Shown here: in pieces, positions 1 through 12,809 of the stretch
Layout of the letters: every line of letters starts with the position of its first letter
Position numbering within the stretch: position 1 is the first letter of the stretch
Assembly: GCA_011109175.1 (NCBI GenBank)
Contig: RDEW01000021.1
Span: 135,080-199,079 of the forward strand
Source: Dicyema japonicum
Taxonomy: Eukaryota > Animalia > Dicyemida
DNA: 64,000 bases
Reading direction: 5' to 3'
The notes under the pieces: generated by a model
Told to the model about the DNA's origin: nothing
Database searches by the model: none
What the model saw: only the letters and a program-made list of their open reading frames with translations
Position numbers and translations under genes: made by a program

Positions 1-975
1 GTATGAACGTCTTTTAGCCTTTATGTTGATTCCGGATGGACTCTGTTTCTGTGGAAGTGGAAACTGGATACACTTAACTAGTCGTTTACTTTATCTTCTT
101 TCTCTGTGAATCCGTGGTTAATAAGTAAATAAATTAATCTTTAATGATAGAAAAAATACTCGAATGCCTAAATATTCTTCAGCGTTGTCCGGCTGTGTGT
201 AAACAGTCTATCATAACCTGAGGAAGTGACAATATAAGAGACACACTTCCTTTTGAAAAAATACACAAAAAATTTGCGATTCGATCGTATAATAATGAAA
301 TTGTTTAAATGGGGACCGATAATTTTTAAAAAATAAATTATTAACCTCGGTTTAGCTAATTTGTATGAAATGGAGATCGAAAGATCGAAAATATCCTCAG
401 CCCAAATAGGCTAAACTCATAAAAACCTGTCTGTCGAGAGTTATGAATTTCTTCATCTTTAGGATCTTAGCCTTCTCCGAAGCAGAACCTGGGTTAGTTG
501 CTGTCATAATAAGGTTAGGAGAGAGTGGTTATCCAGACAGGTAATGTCCCAAGGAAGGGTATCTACTGCTTTCTCATAGGAAGAGATTTTTACCGTTAGT
601 TTTTGGTTGGCTGGGTAGTCCGGTCGGCACTAATCCGATAAAAAATCCGAACACCTCAAGTCTCTGCAATAACTCCGTTGATTGTGGCGTGTCTTGGACT
701 CATTCCATCACTCCTCCGTAAGAAAAGAACATGAAGACCTTTGGTCTCGATCATCTCTTCACGTCTAGAACGATGTATCGTGCAATCATCAATTCAAAAG
801 TTGACGAAAAAACCCATCTTCGTCACGTCTTCATCTAATAGTGTCCCAAGTGAAGAGCATGCTAATGCTCTGAGTCAGGCACCACTTTGTTTATAGATGT
901 AGAACCCAGACAAGCCAGACTATGCTGGTCAAACTCAGCTTTATTTCGTCTATGATCTTTAAGCATATTGTTCGC

Positions 976-3900
976 TTATTATTATTATATTATTATTATT
1001 ATCAGCACTGCCGAGAACACATAAAAAAACAAAAGTCAATTAAGGTTCCCTTGTGCCGCGCCGGCCACCCTTTGCACCAATCGCATCCAAAGGCCTCTCC
1101 GTTTCGCAAGATCTCTTAGTTCATCGAGGTCATCCATTGTTTTCAACTCCCTGCCTATGGCTTTTAGGTCCTCATTTAACGTGATAGGTATGGTTGTTCT
1201 AGGCCTTCCTCGGAATGATTTTGTTTTTTCCATGAAATATTCATCTATTACGTGATTTGCCGGGACATCCAGGTCCATCCTCAGAATGTGACCGAACAGT
1301 CTCCATCTCGATCTTCTGATTTCCATGGATAATGGTTCTGTTTTGCTCAACTTATATAATTGTTCGTTTTTGATCTTCATTTTGTAGTGAATATTAAGTG
1401 CCTTCCGAAGCATACTGCGGTCGAAACTGTCAATAGACTCCATTGCCCGTTTAGACAAACCCCATGTCCCACAGTTATATATTAGGATGGGCACAACAAA
1501 GTATTTGTATATCATAAGCTTTATTTTTCCACAAAGTCTTCTTCCCGAACTCCATATTTTAGATAGGCTTCTGAAAGCACCAGATGCAAGGATTTTCCGT
1601 CGAGCTACATCTTCCTCGTCCCCAAGAGCGATCCGACCTTCTTATGTCTTCTCCACGTCTCGTCGGATATCCTCTCTGCACGGCTGAATGATGTAAATTC
1701 CGTTTTGTCAGTGTTTATCTTCAAGAACCATTTTTGGAAAATGTTAGGAAGATGTTCGTTTATGTACTTGAGAAATTCAGAATCATCCGATACAAAGTCC
1801 AGATCGTCTGCGTAAATCAACTCATAATATTGTCCTTTAATGGATAATCTGAAATCCCTCAGTGCAGCCTCAAGATAAATAATAAATAGAATAGGAGACA
1901 ACGAATCCCCTTGTGGAACTCCCCGAGTGGTTTTAAAAAAATTGGAAGCGGTATTTCCGATTTTGACAGCCAGGTGAGTATCTTCTAGGAGCAAGGAAAT
2001 AATTCTAACATCATCCGTGTCTAGAAATGTATTCAGAATGTTAATAAGTAGTCCCCTGTGTACAGAGTCGAATGCACGACTCATGTCGATCCCCAGAACT
2101 TCTATGCATTTTTTGTATTTCTGACATATAGCGCCAGACCATCTGTGCGTCCATACTATGTCGGCGGTTGATCTTTTTTCCCTGAAACCGCTTTGTCCAG
2201 GCGATAAGAATTTGTCGACTTTCCCTTTGATTCGATTTAATACAATGATAGAGAGGGTTTTCCGTAAGACCGATAATAGAATTATTGGTCTTAGACTGTT
2301 TGCGGGACCTCTAGGTTTCCCAGGTTTTGGTATTGGAATTAGCCATCCTCTCCCAATTCCAAGATCGTTTTTGTCTTCAAATGCTTTATTGAGTATGATG
2401 GTGATTATTTCACCCAATTCAGTGGGTCCACATTTTATTAACTCTGCAGGTATATTATCAGGACCAGCCGCTTTCCTGTAGTTTAGTTTTCCTATTGCCT
2501 TGATAGTTTCCGCGATAATAATGGGGCAGTTAAGAGGAGCCGTTGATGTTATTGGAGATTTGTTTTCAATTTCTTGATTGTTAAAGATGTCATAGTAGTG
2601 TGAAGAGACTATGTTCGCCTTTTCAATAACATTCAATACTGATCGTCCATGTTGGTCGTGAATAACAATATTCCCTGGTCGTTTCTTTTTGCTAATAATC
2701 CGAATGGCTTTGAACATTTTGGATCCGTTCTTATATTTCTTGATTTCATCGACCTGTTCCTCCACTTCCTTTTTTACTTGATATTTTTGAAGTTTTTTGA
2801 TTTTTGTTAAAATTGAGTTACGAACTATCCTTAGCTCTTTTTTTAGACTCGGTATATTTGAATTATTAATTCTAATCCTCAAATTCTTTTGTTCTGAAGA
2901 TAAGTATGATATTTCTTCGTTGTTATATTTGAATTTGTTTTTGTGAGTAGTCCCCAAAACCAACGACGCGGTATTCTTCATTGCAACTCCAACGTCATTC
3001 CACAAATCCTGTGCACTATTGTTTGTATTCATCTTGCTTAATTCCTTTCTGAGTTTTTCGCCATACTCTTTCATCTTTATTTCATTGCTTATTAGAGTTT
3101 CTGTATCCAATCTTTCGAATTCCGTTTTTCCATATCTTCCAGGTTTGTACAAACTTCCCAAAGAGAACCGAGTGATCACCAATTTGTGATCACTTGATGT
3201 TTCAAGCCCATCGTATGATCTCGAGTTTCGTATTAGGTTTTTGTTCCTTCTTCTGCACAAGATATAATCAATTTGATTATATATTTTAATCAAGTTGCCA
3301 TTTTTGTCCTTTCGTGAACCAGTCCAGGTAGTTTATGTCTTGCTGGGTGTTCAAAAGCAGTGTTCGTAATAAATAAGTTGTAGGATTCGCAGAATTGAAC
3401 CAATGAGACACCAGAGGAATTTCGACGATTCCGAGCATGTGATCCAATACAAGTCTCCCCATTCCGTACTTTACCAACTCTGGCATTCCAGTCTCCACCA
3501 ATAAACGTCAGATATGACGACGAAAGTGAGTCATATGTCCCTGTCAAACATGAGTAAAACGCACCAAGTTCTTCAGGATTGGCATCAGCCCGGACAGCGG
3601 TCGGAGCATAAACATTGATGATAGAAATAACAGAGTTGGGCTTTGTTCCAAACTTCAGTTGCATGACTGCAATACGATCCGAGACAGCCCATACGCGTGT
3701 CACACGGTCGTAAAGATCCCTGTGAACCGCAAATCCAAGACCATAATGTCGGCAGTCAGAGTCCAAAGTGATCATGTAGTAATCATCCAATTTCGTAATA
3801 GAATATGCTGTAATCTTTGTCTCTTGAATGCAGCAAATACTGACACCATGGATAGATAAATCACGTGCGAGTTGATTTTTTGGTGATGAACTTCAAGCCT

Positions 3901-3994
3901 CGAGTGTTGAAAGTACCAAGAGAGAATGGGCAACGGGTAATTAAGCGCGAAGAAGACATATTTTCAAAGAGGGACGTCACCACCTCAACCAAAA
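976..3994 (-). mobile_element. RTE-clade non-LTR retrotransposon (APE+RT), near full length but frameshifted
   Basis: ORFs 3861-4064, 3290-3790, 1605-3293 and 1036-1515 join into APE (NVYAP, GGDWNA, NQIDYIL, SDH) and RT (GPDNI, LRPIILL, QSGFR, IDMSRAFD, GVPQGDSLSP, YADD) domains. (TAA)n tail at 976-1001. The 5' motif GGTTGAGGTGGTGACGTCCCTCT is shared with the intact copy at 51784. No TSD found. Confidence 0.92.
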
Positions 3995-3999
3995 AAATA

Positions 4000-4440
4000 T
4001 AAGTGACCTGTATTTGAAAACCAGAATTAACCCTTAAACACAAACGATAACTAATTAAGCTCAACTATTAGTGGTCGATCCACTTGCTTCAGTAGTTTCA
4101 GAAGTTAAGGCGTACTATTATTAGTCGGTTCTGTCGTTCTTCTAGTGTTCAGAATTTGAATCCGGAATAATGTGGATCATATCAATTGGCCTTTTAGTAG
4201 TTGTAATATTTGCTGTAATTTTACTGGTTCTTAGTGTTAGTTGTAGGGAAGTAGGATGAGAATCTATTAAACACTGTAAAATGCTTTTGAATTGTCGATA
4301 CAGAAACATTTGGATTATGTGGCTTTGTATAACTCGGAGTTGAAATGAAATATGCAATCACCACATGATTGTACCGACGAAATACCAATTGATCTGAAAT
4401 AGTATTCTTTTTAGCAGATATGAATGCCTCCAAAGACATT
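4000..4440 (-). pseudogene. Remnant paralog of the lectin/mucin membrane-protein gene (Thr-rich stalk and degenerate TM segment), interrupted by the RTE
   Basis: HPTSLQLTLRTSKITANITTTK and TSETTEA resemble the stalk at 6440-6520. 290-460 plus 915-978 align with 5940-6157, the 3' flank of the 6173-7049 gene. Confidence 0.45.
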
Positions 4441-4551
4441 TTTTCAATTATTTTTGAAATTGATCGAATCAGCTGATCGTCGTTAGCTAGCTGGATTTTT
4501 CTTTGGTTCTATGTTCGCCATCATCCGTAAAATCGCTTTCTGGTACTGGTG

Positions 4552-4920
4552 CATTATAGTACCCCCAAAGCAGTTATAGTAGCCCCTAAGCTGTTATGGT
4601 ACCCCTAAGTAGTTATAGTACCCTAAGCAGTTATAGTACCCAAAGCAATTATAGTACCCCCTAAGCAATTATAGTACCCTAAGCAATTATAGTACCCCCA
4701 AAGCAATTATAGTACACAAAGCGGTTATAGTACCCCCAAAGCAGTTATAGTACCCCAAAGCAGTTATAGTACCCCCAAAGCAGTTATAGTACCCTAAGCA
4801 GTTGTAGTAGCCCCAAAGCAGTTATAGTACCCACAAAGCAGTTATAGTACCACAAAGTAGTTATAGTACCCCTAAGCAATTATAGTACCCCCAAAGCAAT
4901 TATAGTACCCTAAGAAGTTA
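4552..4920. repeat. Minisatellite, about 19 copies of an 18-20 bp unit CA(G/A)TTATAGTAC(C)n(A/T)AAG
   Basis: Directly visible tandem array; unit length varies mainly in the C run. Confidence 0.95.
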
Positions 4921-5039
4921 TTCTTATAAGTGCTAGAAACAACTTGCTCCACTTATCACTCTAAATCACCATGAGACTGGCGTTGCGAGGAACAAAAAAG
5001 GGCGACCTTGACATCGTCCCCCCTTTACAGAGAAAAAAA

Positions 5040-5350
5040 GAATTTTTCAATTTTGTCATAAAATGTTATTTTTGTTGCAATGAGGGTTTGATTTACTTGC
5101 ATTGTACATGTCCTTGAGAACTATGAATAGAATTTCTGGGACTTCTTAAACTATCCTGGCTTTGATGAAATCACTGCCCGGACCTTTATTCTTGACGGCT
5201 CTTATTGCCATCTTCAGCTCATCTACAGAAATCTCTATAAATGGCCGTTTTCCCGACACTGGTCATAATAAAGATTCTCTGAGATGACATCATCGCCCAC
5301 ATCAAAAATCTTTTAAGTTGTGTCTCAAAAACTAGAGGTATTCTTCAGCA
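5040..5350 (-). mobile_element. Degenerate non-LTR RT N-terminal fragment
   Basis: Minus-strand translation EISVDELKMAIRAVKNKGPGSDFI...DMYN resembles the start of an RT domain; contains stops. Confidence 0.4.
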
Positions 5351-6172
5351 TAGTGCAAGCTTTCTGGTTTCTTTTTAAATTTAAAGCTAATTTATTAAGA
5401 AAAAAGTGAGCAAATGGTCATACAACGGTCGCCTGACTGCTTGGCTTGGCTCACGGCAGTGAAACGAACAAGAGAACCAGACGTCTCAACGGCAAGGGAA
5501 CGAACAAAAATCGTTGGGTAGGACCTTGTACTTTGGACTGTTCTGTTCTTGACCACAATCTCGCTTACGATTGAACTCTGGGCTCCTCACTATTTATTAT
5601 ACCTTCTAGAAAGAAGGATTTTGGTTGTTTAGCTTCCTTAGTTAGAGTTCCACTTATTCTCATTCAAATTCTGAACCGTTTCGCGATTTTGTGAGACAAG
5701 GCTAATCAGTCTTATGGATCTACACATCTCCTCCGAATTCACTTATCAACTCTTTATTCAAGCGGTTAATCACTTTCGTTAATTCGCTTAATTTTCTTTC
5801 AGAAGCCCGCTGAATAGGTTCCCAACAGGACCTTTCAGCTTCTTTAATAATTATCCACTATTGACTTTTTCTAGGTTAGATTGGCAATACACTCCCTCGT
5901 AAAGAATGCAGACACAACGTGCCCTAGTCGATTGTATAACAATGAAATTATATAATGGGGGCAGATAAATCTTTTTAAAATAAATGATTAACCTGTTTCG
6001 CTAACTTTTAGTAACTGGAGATCGAAATATCCTCATAGAGTTCCCAAGGAGGCTAAACACATGAAAACCTGTCCACCAAAACTTACGAATTTCTTCATCT
6101 CTGCTGTTCAAGCTCAGGCTTTATCTCGTCTATGATTTTTGAGCATATTGTTCACTAACCTTTTTGAAACGA

Positions 6173-7049
6173 CTATAGAGTTTTAATATTTTTACATTTT
6201 TGTACAAAATATTGTTTTTCTAAACTTTTTATATAAAAATACATCGAAATGGCAAGACAAAATAAAGCTCCACAAAGAAACCCTAATAAAATCCCTGAAA
6301 ATTTGAAAAATTTAAAGTAACCAATATAATTTAATAGACCTTTAGGGCATTCTGACTCGACTGAATGTGCAGATTCTGATCCACTTAGTTTAGAAATATG
6401 TGAAGTAGATTTTAAGATCATAGTAGTAAGGGTCACTTCAGTTGCTTCGTTAAAAGTTTCAGAAGTTGTTGTAATCTTAGTGGTTATTAATGTAGTTGTG
6501 GGGAAAGTAGGTAGAGCATATATTTATTAAAGTATAAACTTACTTGTCTGACAGGCGAATCCTTCCAAATTTAGAAAATAATAACAATTACAAGGAGTCC
6601 ATCGCCAATCAAAATATCTTGCTAGACAAATACAGTGTCCAAAGTTAAAATTATGATAGGGAACAAAGTTTCTATATTCCAAAGATTTTCCTTGATAGTA
6701 AAAAACTTATCTACCTTTATACATCCAGTCCAGCTATATAGATAAGAGTATAATCTGCAAGATGCCTTGTTTTTAAATATGCAAGAATATTGTTTGAAGT
6801 TGGATCTGAATCAATTAATGCCTGAAATATCAATGAAGATTACAATTTCCCCTCCAATACTGTTGCAGTACCTTTCGTCATCGTAATAAGTTTCTCTTTG
6901 AAAATAAAATAATAGCACTTTCGGTTATACTCTAACACATGATTTCCATATGTATTCTTAACAGGGCATCACAAAAAACTAAAAGAAATAATAATAAAAT
7001 AACCAGAAATGATTAAAACAAAAAGGGCATACGTTATTGGGCCAAACAT
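6173..7049 (-). pseudogene. C-type lectin domain + Thr-rich mucin stalk + TM (type I membrane protein), with frameshifts and a lost splice acceptor
   Basis: Signal-like MFGPITYALFVLIISG, then CP..YNRKCYYF, YCNSIGG, SWTG, GKSLEYRNF..GHCICL...WRWTPCNC..GFACQ (CTLD pattern), a T-rich stalk and TM ILLGFLCGALFCLAISMYFYI (ORF 6173-6436). Confidence 0.65.
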
Positions 7050-7119
7050 TTAGGTATTATTTTTATATAAAATTAATCATTATTTTTATTTTTAATTACA
7101 ATTTTATTAATAATAATAA

Positions 7120-9975
7120 AAGGCACAAGTATCCGACACTTCTGAGTTGGATATAAAATCGATATCGAACATTCAAAAAGAATGCCGTGCATTATTTGAA
7201 TTTCATGCGTGCGACTCTCGCCTACGTGGTGGCATATCTCACTTGAAGTGTTGGAAAAGAGTCTCAAACTCCCTATCCCGCAACGATGGACGCGCGGATG
7301 GTGTCGAATCCTACTCCTTTCCTGTGAAGATGTCGAGGAAAATCCTGGACTAGATCTAGTCATATTACAAATTAACATCACTGGTATCCGAACAAAAATT
7401 GCCGAACTACAATGTTTTCTCATAAAACACTCAGTGGATATAGCTCTTTTCTAAGAGACATAACTTAACCCATGGAGACCAACCCCAACTTTCAGGGATA
7501 CTCCGTTTTCAGACGAGACAGAGGTCGTACAAAGGGAGGAGGCCTTATTACCATAATCAGAAAGCATATATTGGCCAGAAATATTTCGGACGACATCCCG
7601 GATCCTTTTCGCCAAGACGACACACTGGAACAACTAACTCTGAGAATCTTCCTACCCTCTCTCCGATTGACAGTTGTCAATATGTGCATACCACCTCCAC
7701 CGTCATGCTCTAGCGGCTGCAGCCTTGAACCCAAACGATTCGCCAGGTTCGAAAGCACGCTAATTAGCTGTGACCTAAATGCGAAGAGTCCTCAATGGTA
7801 TGCTGACCAACAACTGGATCAACGAGAAGCCCTCATATCCGACAGTTTTGACGACTTGATAATCCAAACAAGCACACAAGGACCCTTTCCCGTCGAGTCG
7901 ACTTCCTTACTTCATCAAACATTTCTTTTGCCGCTCCTTCTTTTTCGGCTGTCATTTCATGGGAAGTTTATTTACGACTTACATACCGACCAAATACCCC
8001 TCTAGATTATACTCCGAACTCGCAAAAGATACATTCCGATGGGTCGTCCTCAACGTCCATCGCACTCAATTGATGCTGAAACGCGAGATCTAATCCAAAC
8101 GAGAAATAAGCTAAAGAATTTCCGAAAGACAATCTACAAACAATACTTTTCCCACTGTATTATGGAATCCGATAAGAAGGCACAAGAAGTGCTCTCCGCA
8201 TTTAATTGGACATCGAGAGCCATGTCCAAATCCCATTTGTCATAAACCATATTCAAAAGACCAGGATGTTCGTTCTGGCCATAGTCGAAGGAATAAATGT
8301 CCCAACATCTTCAATGGTGCACTCAAGTAATCAGGAAAATGAATAATTCGTCGTCCCGCGGTTCAGATGACATCTCCATTATCGAACTGAAACACCTGGG
8401 AACTTCCGCGACGGATGCAATAACTCAAATTTTCAACCTCTCAATAAACGAGAACAAGATTCCGTCAATATGGAAAATTCTCTGATACTCCCTACCCTAA
8501 AGAAAAACAAACCATCAAACTGCCGGTCCTCTTACCGCTTGGTATCCATCATCTGGACCTTATCATGATTGTTAGAAAAAATAGTCCTTCTCAAGATCCG
8601 TCCTTTCATAACTCTACCATCTTTTCTCACGGATTTTGCGAAGGACACTCAACAACAAATCATCTAACACAACTGGTTCAATCCATTTCGGACGGCCTGA
8701 ATACCCCAAATCCACATGAGAGAACCGTGCTGGTCTCAGTGGATGTGGAGAAGGCTTTTGACTCAGTATCCCGGAAGATCCTTACAGAAAAAATCAAAAA
8801 CGCGATACCTTCCAAATGGAGTTCCACAATCATTACCGTTATCACCAATGCTCTTCAACATGTTCCTCAGTGACCTCCCATCCCCAACCACCAAAAACAC
8901 AATTCGTTTATCGTATGAAGATGATCTCGTGATCGCAGTGAAACATCAAAGAATCGAGGAGGCGACACGGGCCTTACAAGAATCTACTAAACCTGATGGG
9001 TCTTTGGTTCCTAAAAAAACCGTCTGAATATATCACCAGGAAAGTCACATGTAATTTACCTCAACACGAAAAGAAGTACGGGCAACACCACGAATAAAAT
9101 CGTATGACTCCCCGCTTTTCATCAAGAAAACCTTTCAATTTTGGAGTCATCCTGGATCCTCTCCTCACATTCACTCATCAAATGGACTTAGTAACTGCGA
9201 GGATCCAAAAAATTGAAATTCTCAAGGCTTTCACTCACTCTCCAATATCTTTCCGCCCTTCGTTAGAACTTCTACACAAACAATTTGTTCCACCGAGTAT
9301 CGAGTACGTCTGTGCTGCATAGATTGCCCCGTTACTAAGGCAACCACAAATATGACCTAATAATGATTGAAATATGACCCTAAAAATTAAATATGACCTT
9401 ATTAATTTCGTGCAGTTAATGTTTTGAACTTAATTTTAATCAAATTTATTGAAATAAGTAGAAATCCTGCCCAGAAACCTAAAAAATATGATAGAGGCGA
9501 CTGTCCGGGATCACCTGAATTTTGTTTATTTTGGATATGATGTGGTTTTCTGGTTCAATAATAATAATAAAGTAAGATATGACTTATATGACTTTTGGCT
9601 GCCCCGTTATCACTATCGGCACAGCAAGCTGGAAGTTTTACAATTCCGATGTCTCAGAATACTACTGAGATCGTCGAAAAGACGTCCACTTCGTTACTAT
9701 GGAGAACACTAAACGTCCCCCAATCTTGGAATACCTTACGGAACGTCACAAGGACTTCCTCAAGATGGCAAAAGTCCCCTGACTATCCCCTCGGCCAGAC
9801 ATCAGTCTATATAGACGCCTGCCCGAGATATGAAAAGAAACCTTCCCCGTTGTGGAGATTAATCCAGGAGTCCAAAACTAACCGCAGGAAAAGGAATGGT
9901 ATGGACACCGGGGTCACTTAATTAGACGATAACTTTTATCCTCTTTCTTGTGATTTCGGGGTTAATAAAATAAAT
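7120..9975 (+). mobile_element. Decayed APE-RT LINE (ingi/Vingi/I-group-like) with an N-terminal 2A-like motif
   Basis: LLLSCEDVEENPGL precedes APE (ILQINITG, DIALF*ET, CDLNA). RT motifs KAFDSV, NGVPQ, SYEDD and FGVILD. 3' hairpin and tail at 9908-9975. Interrupted by an insert at about 9335-9598. Confidence 0.85.
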
Positions 9976-9989
9976 AAATGCAAAAAAAA

Positions 9990-10700
9990 GGTTTAATGAA
10001 TCAAATTCGACATGAAGAGTCTTCATTCCGTTATCTATAAGAATTGTTGGAGAATTATGTGAATATAAAGTATTCCTCTCATTGGCTTCTAAAAGGAATA
10101 ACTCCCCAAGGACGGAAGCCTTATTCTGCTTATTCAAGATAGGAATCTTTTCTTTGGAGAACAAAATGCATTGTTGCACCCATTGCAAAAAATGGAAGAA
10201 GACCGTGGATCATTGTGCCACAAGGTGTGAGAATATGTTGTATGGGGATTATTTAAGAAGGCATAAACAAAGTCGTGAGGTGTCTACATTTCCACTTTTG
10301 CAGAGAGTTTGGCCTCAAAAACGAGAAGAAACTGAAGACTCAATCCATTGTGATGAATGAATTCAGTTGACACCTTTATCAAAACGGACATAATTATTGA
10401 GAAAGCCAGACCTGTTCGTTTTTTAATAAGGAGAAACAAGATTATCTCGGTCGAAGTGGGAATAACATCGGCCCAAATCTACAGCAGGTGGAATGCGAAA
10501 AGCTGAGGAAGTTTGATCTTCTTTTTCAAAGAATTGGAGTTGATACATCACGCAGAGGTCAAGATTGTCTCGATTGTACTCACTTGGGATGGCCTAGTGA
10601 CTTCACATTTGTCGAAGTATGTCAGATCTTTGAATATAAGTGAAGAAAAAATTATTTTCTTAAAGGCCTCAGTTGTAAAAAACAACAGAAGAAAATTAAT
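9990..10700 (+). mobile_element. C-terminal remnant of a restriction-like-endonuclease non-LTR element (R4/Dong/NeSL-like)
   Basis: CTHCKKWKKTVDHCATRC zinc knuckle, YLRRH, RP(D)LFVF, EVGIT, EKLRKFDLL, TWDGLVT across frameshifts. Confidence 0.7.
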
Positions 10701-11499
10701 TTTCTATAATTAGACAACCACGTGAACTTTGTTGTCACAAGATGAAAATAAAAATGCTACTTTTTTCTATTTTTATCAAAAAAAATTTGCTTTTTTTCTA
10801 GTTGCTCTAGAAATCACACCATAAGGGTGGTTTGTAGCGTTTACTTATAAGAATCACAGAGGTAATCGGAAACTGTTGTCCTTTTTCGTTGAGAAGAAAT
10901 TAATGAAAAAAGAAATTTCCATGCTACATGGGTTTTTTGACCAGAGATTTGAACTGGAGTGGTTTTATCAGGTCAGATAGATCAGAGGTTTTCAGAAAAT
11001 AATTCTCGCGGCACACTATCGTAAAAAATATAATCCACAGCACACATGAAAAATAAAAAATTAAATTTTTCGGATATGTAAAAAATGAGGACAAAAATTG
11101 GTAATTTAATAAACAAATTTTTATTAATATAAAACAACAACAATAAATTAGAGAATGCGGCGAGAATTAGTAATTGAATCATGATTCACTCAAAGTTTTA
11201 TAGAGTAACGGTTATATAGAGCTGCCCTGACTGCGCGCTATTCCTCTCAGGATAGCGAGCGAGATTCGCTCAAATAACCAGCAGCGCTCACAAGGGTCTC
11301 TTTTCGTGTAGCGATCATGATTCACTAAAAACAAATATAAATTAAAAAAGTGAAATACACTTAATTATTATTTTTGCATATATAGAGAAACCAAAAGAAA
11401 CAGCTGTCTTGTCTAGTGACTTGCTTTCTCAAGTGGTATACGAGGGGAACAGTGAGGGTGACACAAAGGGCCTATATCCAAAAGGAGGAGAATTCAAAT

Positions 11500-12570
11500 T
11501 GCATAGTGTTAATTAATTACAATTGATTTTCTTTAATTTTAAACAATTTTTTTGCATATATCATTAATATCTGTCGAATGGTTGACAACACAACTCGAAT
11601 TCTTCATCAATATTTTTTCAAATTTTCCCGTTTGTTGTATTTCATATTATGCAGCGTAGAAAAAACGTGTTTCGCATAAAAATGTCGTTGAAAATTGTAA
11701 AATAATCGTCAGTGCTTGTGTGGGATAATCTGGGATATATGTTTCGAACGTAAATCCAGAATTCTCCAATATCCAACACCATCATTAATTCATTCTCTTT
11801 AACAGGTAGGGTTCTGTAAAACAATGTGATGATGCTATCTCATTATTTTTAGATTTAACTAAGGAAACAAGTCCATTAAGACGGCCAGACATAGACGGGG
11901 CTCCATCTGTACAAATACCTTACAATTGGCAAATAAATGTTATTGAGATAATCATTCAATATCGTGAGCGTGGCTTGAGTAGTAGTTAAAAGTGGCTTAC
12001 AGAACAAGTATTGTAATTTTCCCAATTTTTCCAAATCGTGCATAAGCCAACAAATGAGCAATTCCTGAAATGTTTGGATTCATTAAGTTATAATGAAAAA
12101 CGAGTTTCCTTTAGAAAATAAAAAATTGTTTTCAACATTCTCCGACAAAGAGCCGACGAAAACAGTGTTATCTGACAAAGGTATCTTCATTATTTTTGTT
12201 CATATTTGACCAAACATAGTCCGAGCAATGATGCGACAAGCAGGGATTATCAAGCTTTCGCCAATGGTATGAGGTTTCAGTTCTTTTGTTATCAATTCAG
12301 AAATCAGATATGAACATTTCAATGATTCCGTTGAGCTCACAAAAGTATCACTAAACAACGTTTGACTGGATCTACAATACATAGTAAAATCTAAATAATA
12401 CTTGTGTTGTTTTTTCAAATGGATAAAATAATCCACAGATTTTTTGGAATAGTCCGATGCTTGGAAGTAAAATATATAGTTTGCTATGAACCATGGCACC
12501 AAAACTTCCATGCAAATTAGGCATTGAGGTAGTTTTTTTATCATCGCATGTAAATCCAAATGACAAATAT
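11500..12570 (-). mobile_element. hAT (Buster/ZBED5-like) transposase remnant
   Basis: SFGF...PQCLICMEVL BED finger and SYLISELITKELKPHTIGESLIIPAC motif; truncated by LINE 3' fragments at 12575-12810. Confidence 0.8.
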
Positions 12571-12809
12571 TATTATTACCCCCAAGATCACTGGGTCAAA
12601 GAGAAAGAAATAAAAGTTCTCATCTAACTAAGTGATCCAGACTGACAAAGGAGAAAACGAGTCCGGCGGGGTTGAGAAATGACAAATAAGAATCTTTGCA
12701 TGAACGACGAACTGATTTACCCGTTATTATTTATTTAATAACCCCGATAAGGGGACACCAAGAAAGAAGGAGTAAACCAACTAAATAAGTGATCCCGGTA
12801 CCCCTTTTT

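Noticed and set aside
216-256. Hammerhead ribozyme (CTGAGGA plus hairpin)
   Set aside because: GAAA does not directly follow stem II and stems I/III cannot be formed.
4552-4920. CRISPR-like array
   Set aside because: No unique spacers, eukaryotic context and no cas genes; it is a simple minisatellite.
7200-7270. HDV-like ribozyme upstream of the 2A motif
   Set aside because: Only a CTACGTGGTG fragment resembles the L1Tc pattern; P1, P1.1 and P2 could not be paired in this decayed copy.
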